Sequence record: NC_028925.1
DNA from: Escherichia phage vB_EcoM_VR25
Direction: 5' to 3' (one strand)
Length of the DNA: 64,000 nt
Shown piece by piece: positions 1-8,551 of this stretch. The notes below the pieces were generated by a model, which saw only the letters and a program-made list of their open reading frames with translations, made no database searches and had not been told where the DNA came from. Within the stretch, counting starts at the first letter, position 1. Each line of letters begins with the position of its first letter. The translations under genes were made by a program, and so were the position numbers.

Positions 1-2235
1 TTATTCCTTATTGGCCGCTTCCACGGCCTTCATGATTTGAGCAACGTTCTGTACTTGTTCAGTTGACATGGCGTTACGGTTATATAAAAAGTGTGAAACA
101 ATCGGGTGATTCTTTTCAAATTCAAAAACCATTTTATCGCTTGTTACTGAAGCGTTTTTGGTCAGGTCGTCATAAATCTTATTACAAAGGACCAATGTTT
201 CCTGCATGGTCCTGTCAACCGTTCCACTGTTATATGCGTTATAAGAAAAGAACTTATTGAACTGCATTAGTTCAGCATAGTCAGTGGTCACATCTTTCTG
301 AATATCTTTCGCATAAAAATACTTGAACATAAAATTCAGTTCTGCATATTCAGACAGGATAGGAATATAATAACGCGAACGGCTTGAAGCGGCAATGTAC
401 TGGTCCGCATCAACCAAATCAATCAATTCCACATAACGATTGACTGCAGCTTCAATCAGACAATCACACTGCGCCAACTTGGTAACCTTTTTCTGAAGTT
501 GTGGACGAATAACACAGAATTCATTGATTTCCAACAGATTCGCCAGTTTACACAATGTCTGGGTCCCGAAGTTCGTAACGCCATATTCCTGATTCAACGG
601 GGAAATACTATTGCGGTTAATGAATACAGCATAACCATCGATTTCCTCTGCATCAGCAGCACATGTAAATTCTTCCACAGACTGCCATCTACCATTAGTT
701 TTAGTCCAACGAATCACGGATGGAGTCTTTGACTTAACACGCTTTTTCGGGTCAGCAACCGGAATCCAGTCTTTTACAAGAGCAGTCAGTTCAGATGTAC
801 GATAGATATTAACTGTATCGCCTTTAAAACGTTCCTGAAGTTGAACCATCAAGCGTGTCTGAATTTCGCTGGTCGGGTCAACAAACAGTAGACTACTACC
901 CTGCACTGTCGGAACTTTACCCGATGCTTTAAGCTTTTTGGCTTTCGCGCCGGTATCATACAACATTGAACTGATACCACGAATCATCGCAATTCGCCCT
1001 TTAGCATCGTCAATAACAATGTTCAAGGTATCATTCTGAATACCAAACATGCTCGTCAGACTTGCTGTATTCGAGTTCGAGCTTGAGTTACGCAGACGTT
1101 TCAGACGAGTATCACGATAGATATCGTAGACAACCCCGGCATTAATCAGGTCTTTGTCCATCTCAAACATTTCATACATCTGGTTAAAAGTCAATTGTGA
1201 TTTTGTAAATTTTGTATCAGCATTAGTGGCTTTCAAAAAATTACGAGCTTCATAACTCAGACTCTGCAATTCGCGATACGTATGACGGAGGCATTCTGAT
1301 TCCTGCCATTTCTTACAATCATCTTCCATGACTTTCTTATCAAGGGCTTCAATACGTTCAACGATATTTGCGACCGTACGTTTGTCCAGTGATAATGCTT
1401 CGCGAGAAGGTGCGATATCTAGCGAACCCATCGGGAACTTAATAAAGACGACATCATTTTTGGCAGTCATCCAGGTTTTCTTTGTATAACCACCATCAAT
1501 CGGATAAACAATCCCACCGTAAATTGCGTAAAGACCATACCGCTCTGGGCTGCTATAATCAATACGTTTTGGAGCATAATAATCATCGAATTCCGGGAAG
1601 TAATTAATTTCGTTCGCGCCTTGTACATCAGCCAGCCCAGCAAACGGACGCATGATATATGCAATCTCATGTCGGAACTTACCGAAATCATTACTATCGA
1701 CCGGGACAACAACTTCAACCCCTGTACGGTCACCAGGTTTCATTGGTTCGCTAAAGGTTGGCTTAATCTGTGGACCATCGCCATCCATATAAGCGACATA
1801 ACCATTAACTTGACCATCATGATATGAAATCAGGCTAAACGTCTCTGTATAACTAAACGGAGATTTAGAGCCCAGACCAAAGCCACCAATAAAATCGTTG
1901 GATTCAGCCTTGGATGATGCAAAGAAACTGTTATACAGACCTGGAGTATTTTCATCACCACGAATCTGGAAATCACTCATACCTGGGCCAAAGTCACGAC
2001 ATACAAAACGTGGGTCTAGTTCACCAGGAGCTTGCACAATGAATTTATCCTGACAGCCATTGAGCATATGAGCATCAATCATGTTAGTAATAAGCTCACG
2101 AACAACAGCACGCACTTTATTTGTGTAAAGGTCGCTGGTCAAAATCTTAAATACTTTTGGTGACGCCTGGATTGTAAATGCAGATGCCTTTGCGCCATTA
2201 CCAAGGATTGTTTCTTTTTCAGTTTCTAAAATCAT
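1..2235 (-). CDS. rIIA: rIIA protein (membrane-associated, GHKL-ATPase-like N-terminal region), 744 aa
   Basis: Complete 744-aa ORF with stop at window position 1-3; sequence recalled as T4 rIIA-like; first gene of the T-even early array. Confidence 0.9.
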   Translation of the reverse strand: MILETEKETILGNGAKASAFTIQASPKVFKILTSDLYTNKVRAVVRELITNMIDAHMLNGCQDKFIVQAPGELDPRFVCRDFGPGMSDFQIRGDENTPGLYNSFFASSKAESNDFIGGFGLGSKSPFSYTETFSLISYHDGQVNGYVAYMDGDGPQIKPTFSEPMKPGDRTGVEVVVPVDSNDFGKFRHEIAYIMRPFAGLADVQGANEINYFPEFDDYYAPKRIDYSSPERYGLYAIYGGIVYPIDGGYTKKTWMTAKNDVVFIKFPMGSLDIAPSREALSLDKRTVANIVERIEALDKKVMEDDCKKWQESECLRHTYRELQSLSYEARNFLKATNADTKFTKSQLTFNQMYEMFEMDKDLINAGVVYDIYRDTRLKRLRNSSSNSNTASLTSMFGIQNDTLNIVIDDAKGRIAMIRGISSMLYDTGAKAKKLKASGKVPTVQGSSLLFVDPTSEIQTRLMVQLQERFKGDTVNIYRTSELTALVKDWIPVADPKKRVKSKTPSVIRWTKTNGRWQSVEEFTCAADAEEIDGYAVFINRNSISPLNQEYGVTNFGTQTLCKLANLLEINEFCVIRPQLQKKVTKLAQCDCLIEAAVNRYVELIDLVDADQYIAASSRSRYYIPILSEYAELNFMFKYFYAKDIQKDVTTDYAELMQFNKFFSYNAYNSGTVDRTMQETLVLCNKIYDDLTKNASVTSDKMVFEFEKNHPIVSHFLYNRNAMSTEQVQNVAQIMKAVEAANKE

Positions 2236-2242
2236 GTTTTTC

Positions 2243-2452
2243 TCACTTTATATTACGTTTGAATAAGTCTGCAACTTCAAGAAGTTCATCCTTTGTTGCG
2301 GTGTCTGAAGCTATTTTAATACGGATTTCTTTGAAGCGTTCTTTAAACTCTTCAGCTTCTCTTATATCAAAAAATCGTTGGATAACACGGTATTCTTTAT
2401 GGACAACCTTGTCAAACAGTTCCAGATTCACTTTGAAGTTTGTCATTTCCAA
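2243..2452 (-). CDS. rIIA.1-like small protein, 69 aa
   Basis: Small ORF immediately adjacent to rIIA in the same orientation; positional equivalent of T4 rIIA.1. Confidence 0.55.
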   Translation of the reverse strand: MEMTNFKVNLELFDKVVHKEYRVIQRFFDIREAEEFKERFKEIRIKIASDTATKDELLEVADLFKRNIK

Positions 2453-2711
2453 TCTCCTGTAATATTTTTCTCATACTACGCATGGTAGCTTTATGTTCTT
2501 GGTCATGGTATATCAATGCAAGGAGTGCTTCAATTCGCTCCTCTGGGACCTTCTGACCATCCTTTATGCTCATGGCTGATGTTCTTACAGCCAACAAGTA
2601 ACTTCGCTTCCTGTCGCTATCTGGGAGCTCCTGTACCTTCCTCAGACCTGCTTCCATGATGCATCGCGCGACATTCTGCAGATTAACTAAACTTCCGTCA
2701 GACATAATCAT
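2412..2711 (-). CDS. hypothetical protein, 99 aa
   Basis: ORF in the minus-strand array; overlaps the neighbouring start by about 40 nt so the exact limits are uncertain. Confidence 0.4.
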   Translation of the reverse strand: MIMSDGSLVNLQNVARCIMEAGLRKVQELPDSDRKRSYLLAVRTSAMSIKDGQKVPEERIEALLALIYHDQEHKATMRSMRKILQEIGNDKLQSESGTV

Positions 2712-2766
2712 ATTTTCACCTCAAAGACATCTTAACACAATTTTTGTGGCTTGTACATAATAAAAA

Positions 2767-2784
2767 GGTCTCCCGAAGGAGACC
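2767..2784 (-). terminator. stem-loop ggtctcc-cgaa-ggagacc followed by a T-run on the minus strand
   Basis: Inverted repeat with a UUCG-type loop flanked by A/T runs, read directly from sequence. Confidence 0.5.
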
Positions 2785-2789
2785 AAATT

Positions 2790-2942
2790 TTATTCTACTT
2801 TATAGACTTGACCATACGCTATGAAAGTTTCACCTTCCCAGGTCTCACATGTGATTGTTACGAATTCTGCAAACAAAGGTTTTTTCTCTGCCCAGAGAAA
2901 ACCGTATTCACCTGTGGCGAGCGTAATCCAGTATTTAGTCAT
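2790..2942 (-). CDS. hypothetical small protein, about 50 aa
   Basis: AGGAGA Shine-Dalgarno 5 nt upstream of an internal ATG of the 62-aa track ORF; lies between the gene 39 stop and a terminator hairpin. Confidence 0.4.
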   Translation of the reverse strand: MTKYWITLATGEYGFLWAEKKPLFAEFVTITCETWEGETFIAYGQVYKVE

Positions 2943-2982
2943 ATTGTCTCCTAGTAGCGGGAGAATATTCTCCCACATCTAT

Positions 2983-4815
2983 TTATAGCGTCGCATTCAT
3001 CCAATCTTTGCGCAGCTTCGGTTCTTTACCGAAAAGCATTTCGAACAGTTCTTTCCAGTTTTCAGGTAATTGAACAACTTCGAATACTGGTTCGAGCAAT
3101 ACTCGCTTGTACTCGGAATCTTCCAGAGAACCCAGCCCCTTGATATATCTGATGGTATGCTTTGGAAGTTTATCCTTAGCTTCTTCATAATCAGGGAGAG
3201 AATAGAACCATTCTTGTTTATCTTTGAGCTGTGCAATAATAACAGGAGTTTTCACAAAGCGAATACGTCCTTCATGGAACAGCTCCGGCCAGTTACTGAA
3301 AAATGCCAATAACGATGGATAGATACTACCGACGCCATCCACATCCGCATCTGTCATGATAGCGATATTTCGGTAATTCATATTCTCGGCTGGTTGTCCA
3401 ATCGTTAATCCAGTAATCGCACACACATCAAAGGCTTCTGCGTTTTTCATAACTTCAACAGCTTTCAGACCCCATGTGTTTTTGAACTTACCGCGCAACG
3501 GATATGCACCTTGTAATTCGCGGTCACGAACCTTGATGAATGGACCCGTTGCAGAATCACCTTCGGTCAGGAACAAAGTCGTTTCCAGCTTGTCATTGCC
3601 CCATTCGTTGGCCTTGATATGCTTTTGTACCTTAGCCTTTGAAGCTTTCTTATTCGCCTTAGTCTCTGCTGCTTTCTCTGCAGCCAATTTACGAGCCAAT
3701 GCAGCTTCCACAATCGGCATAATCAGCGATTCATTTTTCAGAATAGCTTGTGCGATTTTCTTAGCATCAATTTGGATATGATTTCGAATCTCGCCAGCAG
3801 GAGAAGTCAATCGCTCCTTGGTCTGGGAATCAAATCGCATATTGCTCATATCGCGGATGAACATAAGCATGGTGAGGCATTCTTTGACTCGTGCTTTAGT
3901 AACTTCGATACCTTTGTATTTGCGCTTAATTGCTGGTTGGAGGTGTTCACAGATATCATCCATAACACATTCAACGTGGTGCCCACCATTCTTTGTATGA
4001 ATGTTGTTGACATAAGTCAGCTGACGGAAGCCGTCTGGGCTGGTCGTGAAAGCCATTGATACTGTATCAGTTTCCTGGATAACAACTTCGGTACCGAATT
4101 GCTTGGAGAACTTCTTGAAGTTGCCATCAACCTTTTTACCATTAAAGGTGAACTGAATATCCGGATAAACAACCGCAAGAGTCTGCAGACGGTCCAATGT
4201 AATATCCAGATAAATCTGGGACAAACTATTTTCTTCGAAGTGACTAAAGTCCGGAACAAAGATAACAGTTGTGCCTTTACCCTTAGATTTCTTGGTAGAC
4301 CAACCTTTGTTTTCCATACCGTTGGAGCAGTTAACAGTAATTTCATTTGCACCATCAGCGGTAATCCCTGTAAACAATACAGAGAAAATATTGGTCAGAG
4401 AAGACCCGACGCCATTCATCCCGCCAGTTTTACGTTCAGCATCATCACCGAAGTTACCACCTGCTTTTGGAATAGTCCATGCTGCAACAGGGCCAGGGAT
4501 TTGTTCACCGTTTTGGTCTGTAACCATTGCTTGTGGAATACCACGGCCATTATCAGAAACCGAAATCTGATTATCTTTAATTTGGACATCAATTTTATTG
4601 GCAAATTTAAAACTGGTGCGAATTGCTTCATCAACAGAGTTATCGATAATTTCATCAATCAGTTTTACAATACCAGGAACATAGCTTACGGACTTATATT
4701 CACCAAACAAGAATCGCTCATGCGCTTCATTTGAACTGGAACCAATATACATCCCAGAACGTTTTTTGATATGCTCGACGTCCGAGAGTACTTTAATTTC
4801 ATTATTAATCATCAT
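2983..4815 (-). CDS. 39: DNA topoisomerase II large subunit, uninterrupted 610 aa (GyrB-like)
   Basis: GyrB-type ATPase and TOPRIM-like sequence; one continuous ORF, so no separate gene 60 as in T4; T2-type organisation. Confidence 0.9.
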   Translation of the reverse strand: MMINNEIKVLSDVEHIKKRSGMYIGSSSNEAHERFLFGEYKSVSYVPGIVKLIDEIIDNSVDEAIRTSFKFANKIDVQIKDNQISVSDNGRGIPQAMVTDQNGEQIPGPVAAWTIPKAGGNFGDDAERKTGGMNGVGSSLTNIFSVLFTGITADGANEITVNCSNGMENKGWSTKKSKGKGTTVIFVPDFSHFEENSLSQIYLDITLDRLQTLAVVYPDIQFTFNGKKVDGNFKKFSKQFGTEVVIQETDTVSMAFTTSPDGFRQLTYVNNIHTKNGGHHVECVMDDICEHLQPAIKRKYKGIEVTKARVKECLTMLMFIRDMSNMRFDSQTKERLTSPAGEIRNHIQIDAKKIAQAILKNESLIMPIVEAALARKLAAEKAAETKANKKASKAKVQKHIKANEWGNDKLETTLFLTEGDSATGPFIKVRDRELQGAYPLRGKFKNTWGLKAVEVMKNAEAFDVCAITGLTIGQPAENMNYRNIAIMTDADVDGVGSIYPSLLAFFSNWPELFHEGRIRFVKTPVIIAQLKDKQEWFYSLPDYEEAKDKLPKHTIRYIKGLGSLEDSEYKRVLLEPVFEVVQLPENWKELFEMLFGKEPKLRKDWMNATL

Positions 4816-4865
4816 CTTTCCTCTTGTGTATGGAGGTATTATAAGTCACATATTTTAAAGCAAAA

Positions 4866-4879
4866 AGGCCCGAAGGCCT
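4866..4879 (-). terminator. stem-loop aggcc-cgaa-ggcct with flanking A/T runs
   Basis: Inverted repeat immediately upstream of gene 39 on the plus map, i.e. downstream of the lipoprotein gene on the minus strand. Confidence 0.5.
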
Positions 4880-5139
4880 TATTCAAATCGAATGGTTGAA
4901 TTCTTGAACAACAATCCAGAACAAACAGTTCCTTTGACCTGTTTACCGGTCGGACCCACTGCTGTAAAACCAGTACGTTGGAAGTCATCTTCAGAACACC
5001 CAAACAAACTATAACCAGTGATTTGGATTTGCTCAAAACCATTGGCATTCAAAACCTTAGTAGCATTATCGGCGTCAGTGCACCCGACCAGAGAAACGGC
5101 AAGAACCAGTGCAGTAATAGAACGATTTACGTATTTCAT
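4879..5139 (-). CDS. putative lipoprotein, 86 aa
   Basis: N-terminal signal peptide ending in lipobox LVGC, with two further Cys in the mature part. Confidence 0.6.
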   Translation of the reverse strand: MKYVNRSITALVLAVSLVGCTDADNATKVLNANGFEQIQITGYSLFGCSEDDFQRTGFTAVGPTGKQVKGTVCSGLLFKNSTIRFE

Positions 5140-5145
5140 AATTTC

Positions 5146-5319
5146 TCACTTAAGCAGGTCGTAGAACCCGCCATTAACATGTTTAGGAGCAGAGACTAAC
5201 CGAACAGCCAGCCGATGGCAATCAGGACAAACATCATTATCTCTTTCAGAGATTTTCTTGATTTTTTCGTATTCTTTTGCGCAGTCTTCAGATTGGCATT
5301 TGTAATCATAAAGTGGCAT
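5146..5319 (-). CDS. FmdB-family zinc-ribbon protein, about 57 aa (not in ORF track, under 60 aa)
   Basis: Hand translation MPLYDYKCQSEDCAKEYE...CPDCH matches the MPxYxYxC...CPxC FmdB zinc-ribbon signature; coordinates approximate. Confidence 0.5.
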   Translation of the reverse strand: MPLYDYKCQSEDCAKEYEKIKKISERDNDVCPDCHRLAVRLVSAPKHVNGGFYDLLK

Positions 5320-5326
5320 CTCTAAA

Positions 5327-5707
5327 TTATTCCTTAAAGTGTGCTTTCAACATCTGGAAAACTGACCAGGCTTCTTCATTATTACTAATGGTGATTTTAG
5401 TCAATGGGAATGCAGTGATTTCTGGAGCTTCAGTTTCTTCAGCGTCAGGTACACCATCTTCATCGCCGTCATCTTTTTCTTCTTCAAAGAAATGGAATTC
5501 CTCTTCTGTTATGAATAGACTCTCCATCCCGCCAGTTGACAATTCTATTTTATACACATCGCCACCTTCAATTTTGACTGGTCTAAACCCTTCGCCATTG
5601 ATTATAGCATCAGCTATATTATCATTATCCGTGCATAACAAACGGAATCTACTTTCAGAAACATTGTCTTTAAAATAATACCACTTATCAGTTTCAAATT
5701 TAGACAT
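5327..5707 (-). CDS. hypothetical acidic protein, about 126 aa
   Basis: Internal ATG forms an ATGTCTAA overlap with the stop of the upstream gene; the N-terminal extension in the track is probably spurious. Confidence 0.5.
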   Translation of the reverse strand: MSKFETDKWYYFKDNVSESRFRLLCTDNDNIADAIINGEGFRPVKIEGGDVYKIELSTGGMESLFITEEEFHFFEEEKDDGDEDGVPDAEETEAPEITAFPLTKITISNNEEAWSVFQMLKAHFKE

Positions 5708-5924
5708 TATAAATCTCCTTCCAAAAATCTGTACCATCTTCTGACTCTTCGCGGAACAAAGCATAGCTTGGTAGCTGTGCGTCTTTATTTTCATACACAT
5801 AAATGATATCAGTTGTGCAAAGAAACTCATTGATGTTTTTCTTAACAATCACTTTATCACTTTCAGCAGTGTCCCAAAACTCTTCAGCGGTCAGGGAAGT
5901 GGTCACACAATCTTCATTGAACAT
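5700..5924 (-). CDS. hypothetical protein, 74 aa
   Basis: ORF in the compact gene array, coupled to the downstream gene. Confidence 0.45.
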   Translation of the reverse strand: MFNEDCVTTSLTAEEFWDTAESDKVIVKKNINEFLCTTDIIYVYENKDAQLPSYALFREESEDGTDFWKEIYNV

Positions 5925-5974
5925 AATATTCTCCTCATTGATAGGGCAAAATTACCCTATCATTATTTTATAAT

Positions 5975-6478
5975 TTAAGCAAAATGAATATCAGCATACT
6001 CAACGATAAAGCTTTCAGGAATTACCTTAAAGGTACCAAGGAACACAATATTATACAGTTTAACCCCCTCTTCAACCCATTGGTCTGTGATATAACCAGA
6101 CATACTAGTGGTTTCATAAGTCGGACCATACTTGCAAATGTATTCAAATGGCTTAGGCGAAACAAAAAAGACACCTTTACCTAATTTCCATTTAAAATCA
6201 ACACCAACATGAGACTGGTCAATGGTTTCAACTTCTTCAACTACAGGGGCAATGTATCCAGTGAATTCAGTTGATTCCAGGAATTTAGCACGCACGTAGC
6301 CGAATTGTGTTTCTGTCTGACCATTTTTAGGAATAACACGTACTTTTACTTCAGCGTTTTCAAGTCTGACACCTTCTTTAAGTTGAATACTAACAACTTC
6401 AACTAAACGGCCTGCGGCTTTTGAACGAGATTGTTTGGATACGCGAACGATACCGCCGATATCGGAAATAGTAATCAT
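5975..6478 (-). CDS. hypothetical protein, 167 aa; C-terminal domain paralogous to 6556-7311 (position of T4 motB)
   Basis: Shares a C-terminal motif (TDQWVEEGVKLYNIVFLGTFKVIPES) with the next gene (TDQWIEDGVELLNVVHVGEFTVVPRS). Confidence 0.5.
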   Translation of the reverse strand: MITISDIGGIVRVSKQSRSKAAGRLVEVVSIQLKEGVRLENAEVKVRVIPKNGQTETQFGYVRAKFLESTEFTGYIAPVVEEVETIDQSHVGVDFKWKLGKGVFFVSPKPFEYICKYGPTYETTSMSGYITDQWVEEGVKLYNIVFLGTFKVIPESFIVEYADIHFA

Positions 6479-6555
6479 AATTTTCTCTCTTGGTTAATAA
6501 GTTTATTCTCCAGTGGGACCATTATACTCTGGCCCCAAGAGTTTGTACACTAAAC

Positions 6556-7311
6556 TTAATTAAAAATTTGAACAACCATGGAACGCGGGACAACAGTAAA
6601 TTCACCAACATGGACGACGTTCAGGAGTTCAACACCATCTTCAATCCACTGGTCTGTTACCCAACCACAAATGGAACTATTAAATGGACGTTTGATTTGA
6701 ACTGGTTTGCACAGCAAGTCAACAGGGTCACCCAGTTCGCTAACTTCTTTCAACAGTACAGATTCACGCGGGTAAAGGATAGCTTCAAGATGCTCGTCTG
6801 ATTCATTGACTGCAGTAAATTCAAAGATGTTTAAGTGAGTGCTGTACTTAACTGTTTTTACAGTAAATGGAGCAAAGCCAAAAATACCTTTCAGCACACG
6901 CCAACCTGCATGCAGTGCGACAGTCTTTCCAAACTGACTATCATCTTCAATAAGCTGATAGGTTTTACCAACTTTGATAGGAGTTTCTTCAACTTCTTTG
7001 AAAAGTTGAATCTCAGCTTCATAAACCATAATTTTTTCCACTTCATTAGTATCCAGACGACGGGCATGCAAAATATATGCTTTATCAAACCAGTTACTTT
7101 TTACAAAAGTTTCAACAACAAATTCACCTTCACCTAAAGCATCAGTCAAAGTATTATACCCAGAAATCATAGCTGCGTTTTGAATAATAGGTTCAATCAG
7201 ATGATAAGTTTTGTTAATTTCAATAGTCATATTTTGTTTCTCAAGTTTTAATGGTTTAATTGGGCGAACATACATGCTTGTGATATCAAAGTCAATAAAT
7301 TCTGGTTTCAT
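6556..7311 (-). CDS. hypothetical protein, 251 aa, paralogous C-terminal domain
   Basis: See 5975-6478; long ORF in the array. Confidence 0.5.
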   Translation of the reverse strand: MKPEFIDFDITSMYVRPIKPLKLEKQNMTIEINKTYHLIEPIIQNAAMISGYNTLTDALGEGEFVVETFVKSNWFDKAYILHARRLDTNEVEKIMVYEAEIQLFKEVEETPIKVGKTYQLIEDDSQFGKTVALHAGWRVLKGIFGFAPFTVKTVKYSTHLNIFEFTAVNESDEHLEAILYPRESVLLKEVSELGDPVDLLCKPVQIKRPFNSSICGWVTDQWIEDGVELLNVVHVGEFTVVPRSMVVQIFN

Positions 7312-7568
7312 TATGCCACCTCGTTGAACATCGCTAGTTGATTAGGTTGCACAACCATAATTTCACGACGACCTTTTGCGTTTGACACGTTCAGGTAGAT
7401 GCCTTTGTTCATGTCTGTTTCTTTATCATATACTGCAACTTTATTGACAGTAAAGATTTTACCACGAATATTTGTAAATGCACATTCAAACGCTTTGGTC
7501 AGACCTGCTTCAGCAGCTTGAATAGCAGACATTTCATATTGTTGGCCAATTTTAAAAGAAGTAATCAT
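7311..7568 (-). CDS. hypothetical protein, about 85 aa
   Basis: Start moved to an internal ATG preceded by GAGGA; the upstream ATG lies inside the promoter -10 region. Confidence 0.5.
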   Translation of the reverse strand: MITSFKIGQQYEMSAIQAAEAGLTKAFECAFTNIRGKIFTVNKVAVYDKETDMNKGIYLNVSNAKGRREIMVVQPNQLAMFNEVA

Positions 7569-7597
7569 TTTGTTTTCCTCATCAGTAGTTGATGAGA

Positions 7598-7631
7598 TGA
7601 TTATGTCTCTTTCCATTGGCCTTGTACACTA
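7598..7631 (-). promoter_or_regulatory. early-type promoter (-35 GTGTACA, about 17 nt spacer, -10 CATAAT) with conserved leader
   Basis: Hexamers read on the minus strand; followed by the repeated ATCTCATCAACTACTGATGAGGA leader and an ATG. Confidence 0.5.
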
Positions 7632-7635
7632 CTTT

Positions 7636-8319
7636 TTATCGTTTTTTCGGTAAAGATAACGGGTCTGCATCTTCTTCGGCAGGAACTTCATCTAAACCAA
7701 GAGCATAGCGCTGTGCGTACTTCAGCATAAGAATATCTTTCGCACAATCATGCACACTATCATGCGCTACAAATCCATCCAAAGTCCCCTTCGGTAACGG
7801 AGTTTCACACATCTTACGGACGAGTGACAGTGCTTCGATTGCTGTCCGGATATCTCGCTGGTTCCAGAATACAACCGGTTCCAGGTCATAGGTATTCAAT
7901 TCACGCTCAGGGATACCCTCATTGCGTTGCAGGTCGCGAATAAGGTCAACAAACAACGGGAAGTCAAAAGACATTCCACGACACCACATAAGGCTTTCGT
8001 ATTTGTTAATTCCGTTGCCCTTCAGATAGTCAATCGCTTGTTGGATGCCAGTCAGAGTATCGACATCATTTGCAGTTGGCGCCAGGTTAACACGTGCTTC
8101 TGGAGATTGTTTTTTCCACCAACCCATGGTTGTTGTGTCAAACAGACGTTTACCTTTCTGGTATTCTAGGCTGAACTTAATGCGTTTACCGCGATTAACC
8201 AGAGTTTCGAATGATTCCACCACTGCAGGGTCAGATTCGAATGTAATCAGAGCCAGGTCAATAACGGCTCCCTTCGAGCCGTTTCCCAGAGTTTCAAAGT
8301 CAATAATAGCATCAATCAT
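7636..8319 (-). CDS. dexA: exonuclease A (DnaQ-like 3'-5' exonuclease), 227 aa
   Basis: N-terminal IIDFETLG exonuclease motif; same length and position as T4 DexA. Confidence 0.8.
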   Translation of the reverse strand: MIDAIIDFETLGNGSKGAVIDLALITFESDPAVVESFETLVNRGKRIKFSLEYQKGKRLFDTTTMGWWKKQSPEARVNLAPTANDVDTLTGIQQAIDYLKGNGINKYESLMWCRGMSFDFPLFVDLIRDLQRNEGIPERELNTYDLEPVVFWNQRDIRTAIEALSLVRKMCETPLPKGTLDGFVAHDSVHDCAKDILMLKYAQRYALGLDEVPAEEDADPLSLPKKR

Positions 8320-8551
8320 CGCACATCTCTTTTAATTTCTGAATTTCACCAGCAACATAGTCGGAGATAAAAATCCCGGGCTCTTCATTGTTAAAATATT
8401 CAATCGCAGCCATACGTTTCTGGATAAGGCTCAGTTCCAGTAAAACGTAATTGCCCTGTTGGACGATAGTCGGATTATCTTCGTAAAATTCAACGGCATC
8501 ATGAATACCGTAGATAAGATTATCTAAATCTTCTTTATATACCTTATACAT
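8312..8551 (-). CDS. hypothetical protein, 79 aa
   Basis: ORF between dexA and dda, overlapping both ends by a few nt. Confidence 0.45.
   Translation of the reverse strand: MYKVYKEDLDNLIYGIHDAVEFYEDNPTIVQQGNYVLLELSLIQKRMAAIEYFNNEEPGIFISDYVAGEIQKLKEMCDD

Noticed and set aside
4099-4734. 211-aa plus-strand ORF
   Set aside because: Antisense inside topoisomerase gene 39; no start context
7585-7600. Hammerhead-ribozyme-like CUGAUGAG in the conserved leader
   Set aside because: Only the short core octamer is present, with no flanking helices or the GAAA element; the match is explained by the Shine-Dalgarno and leader consensus
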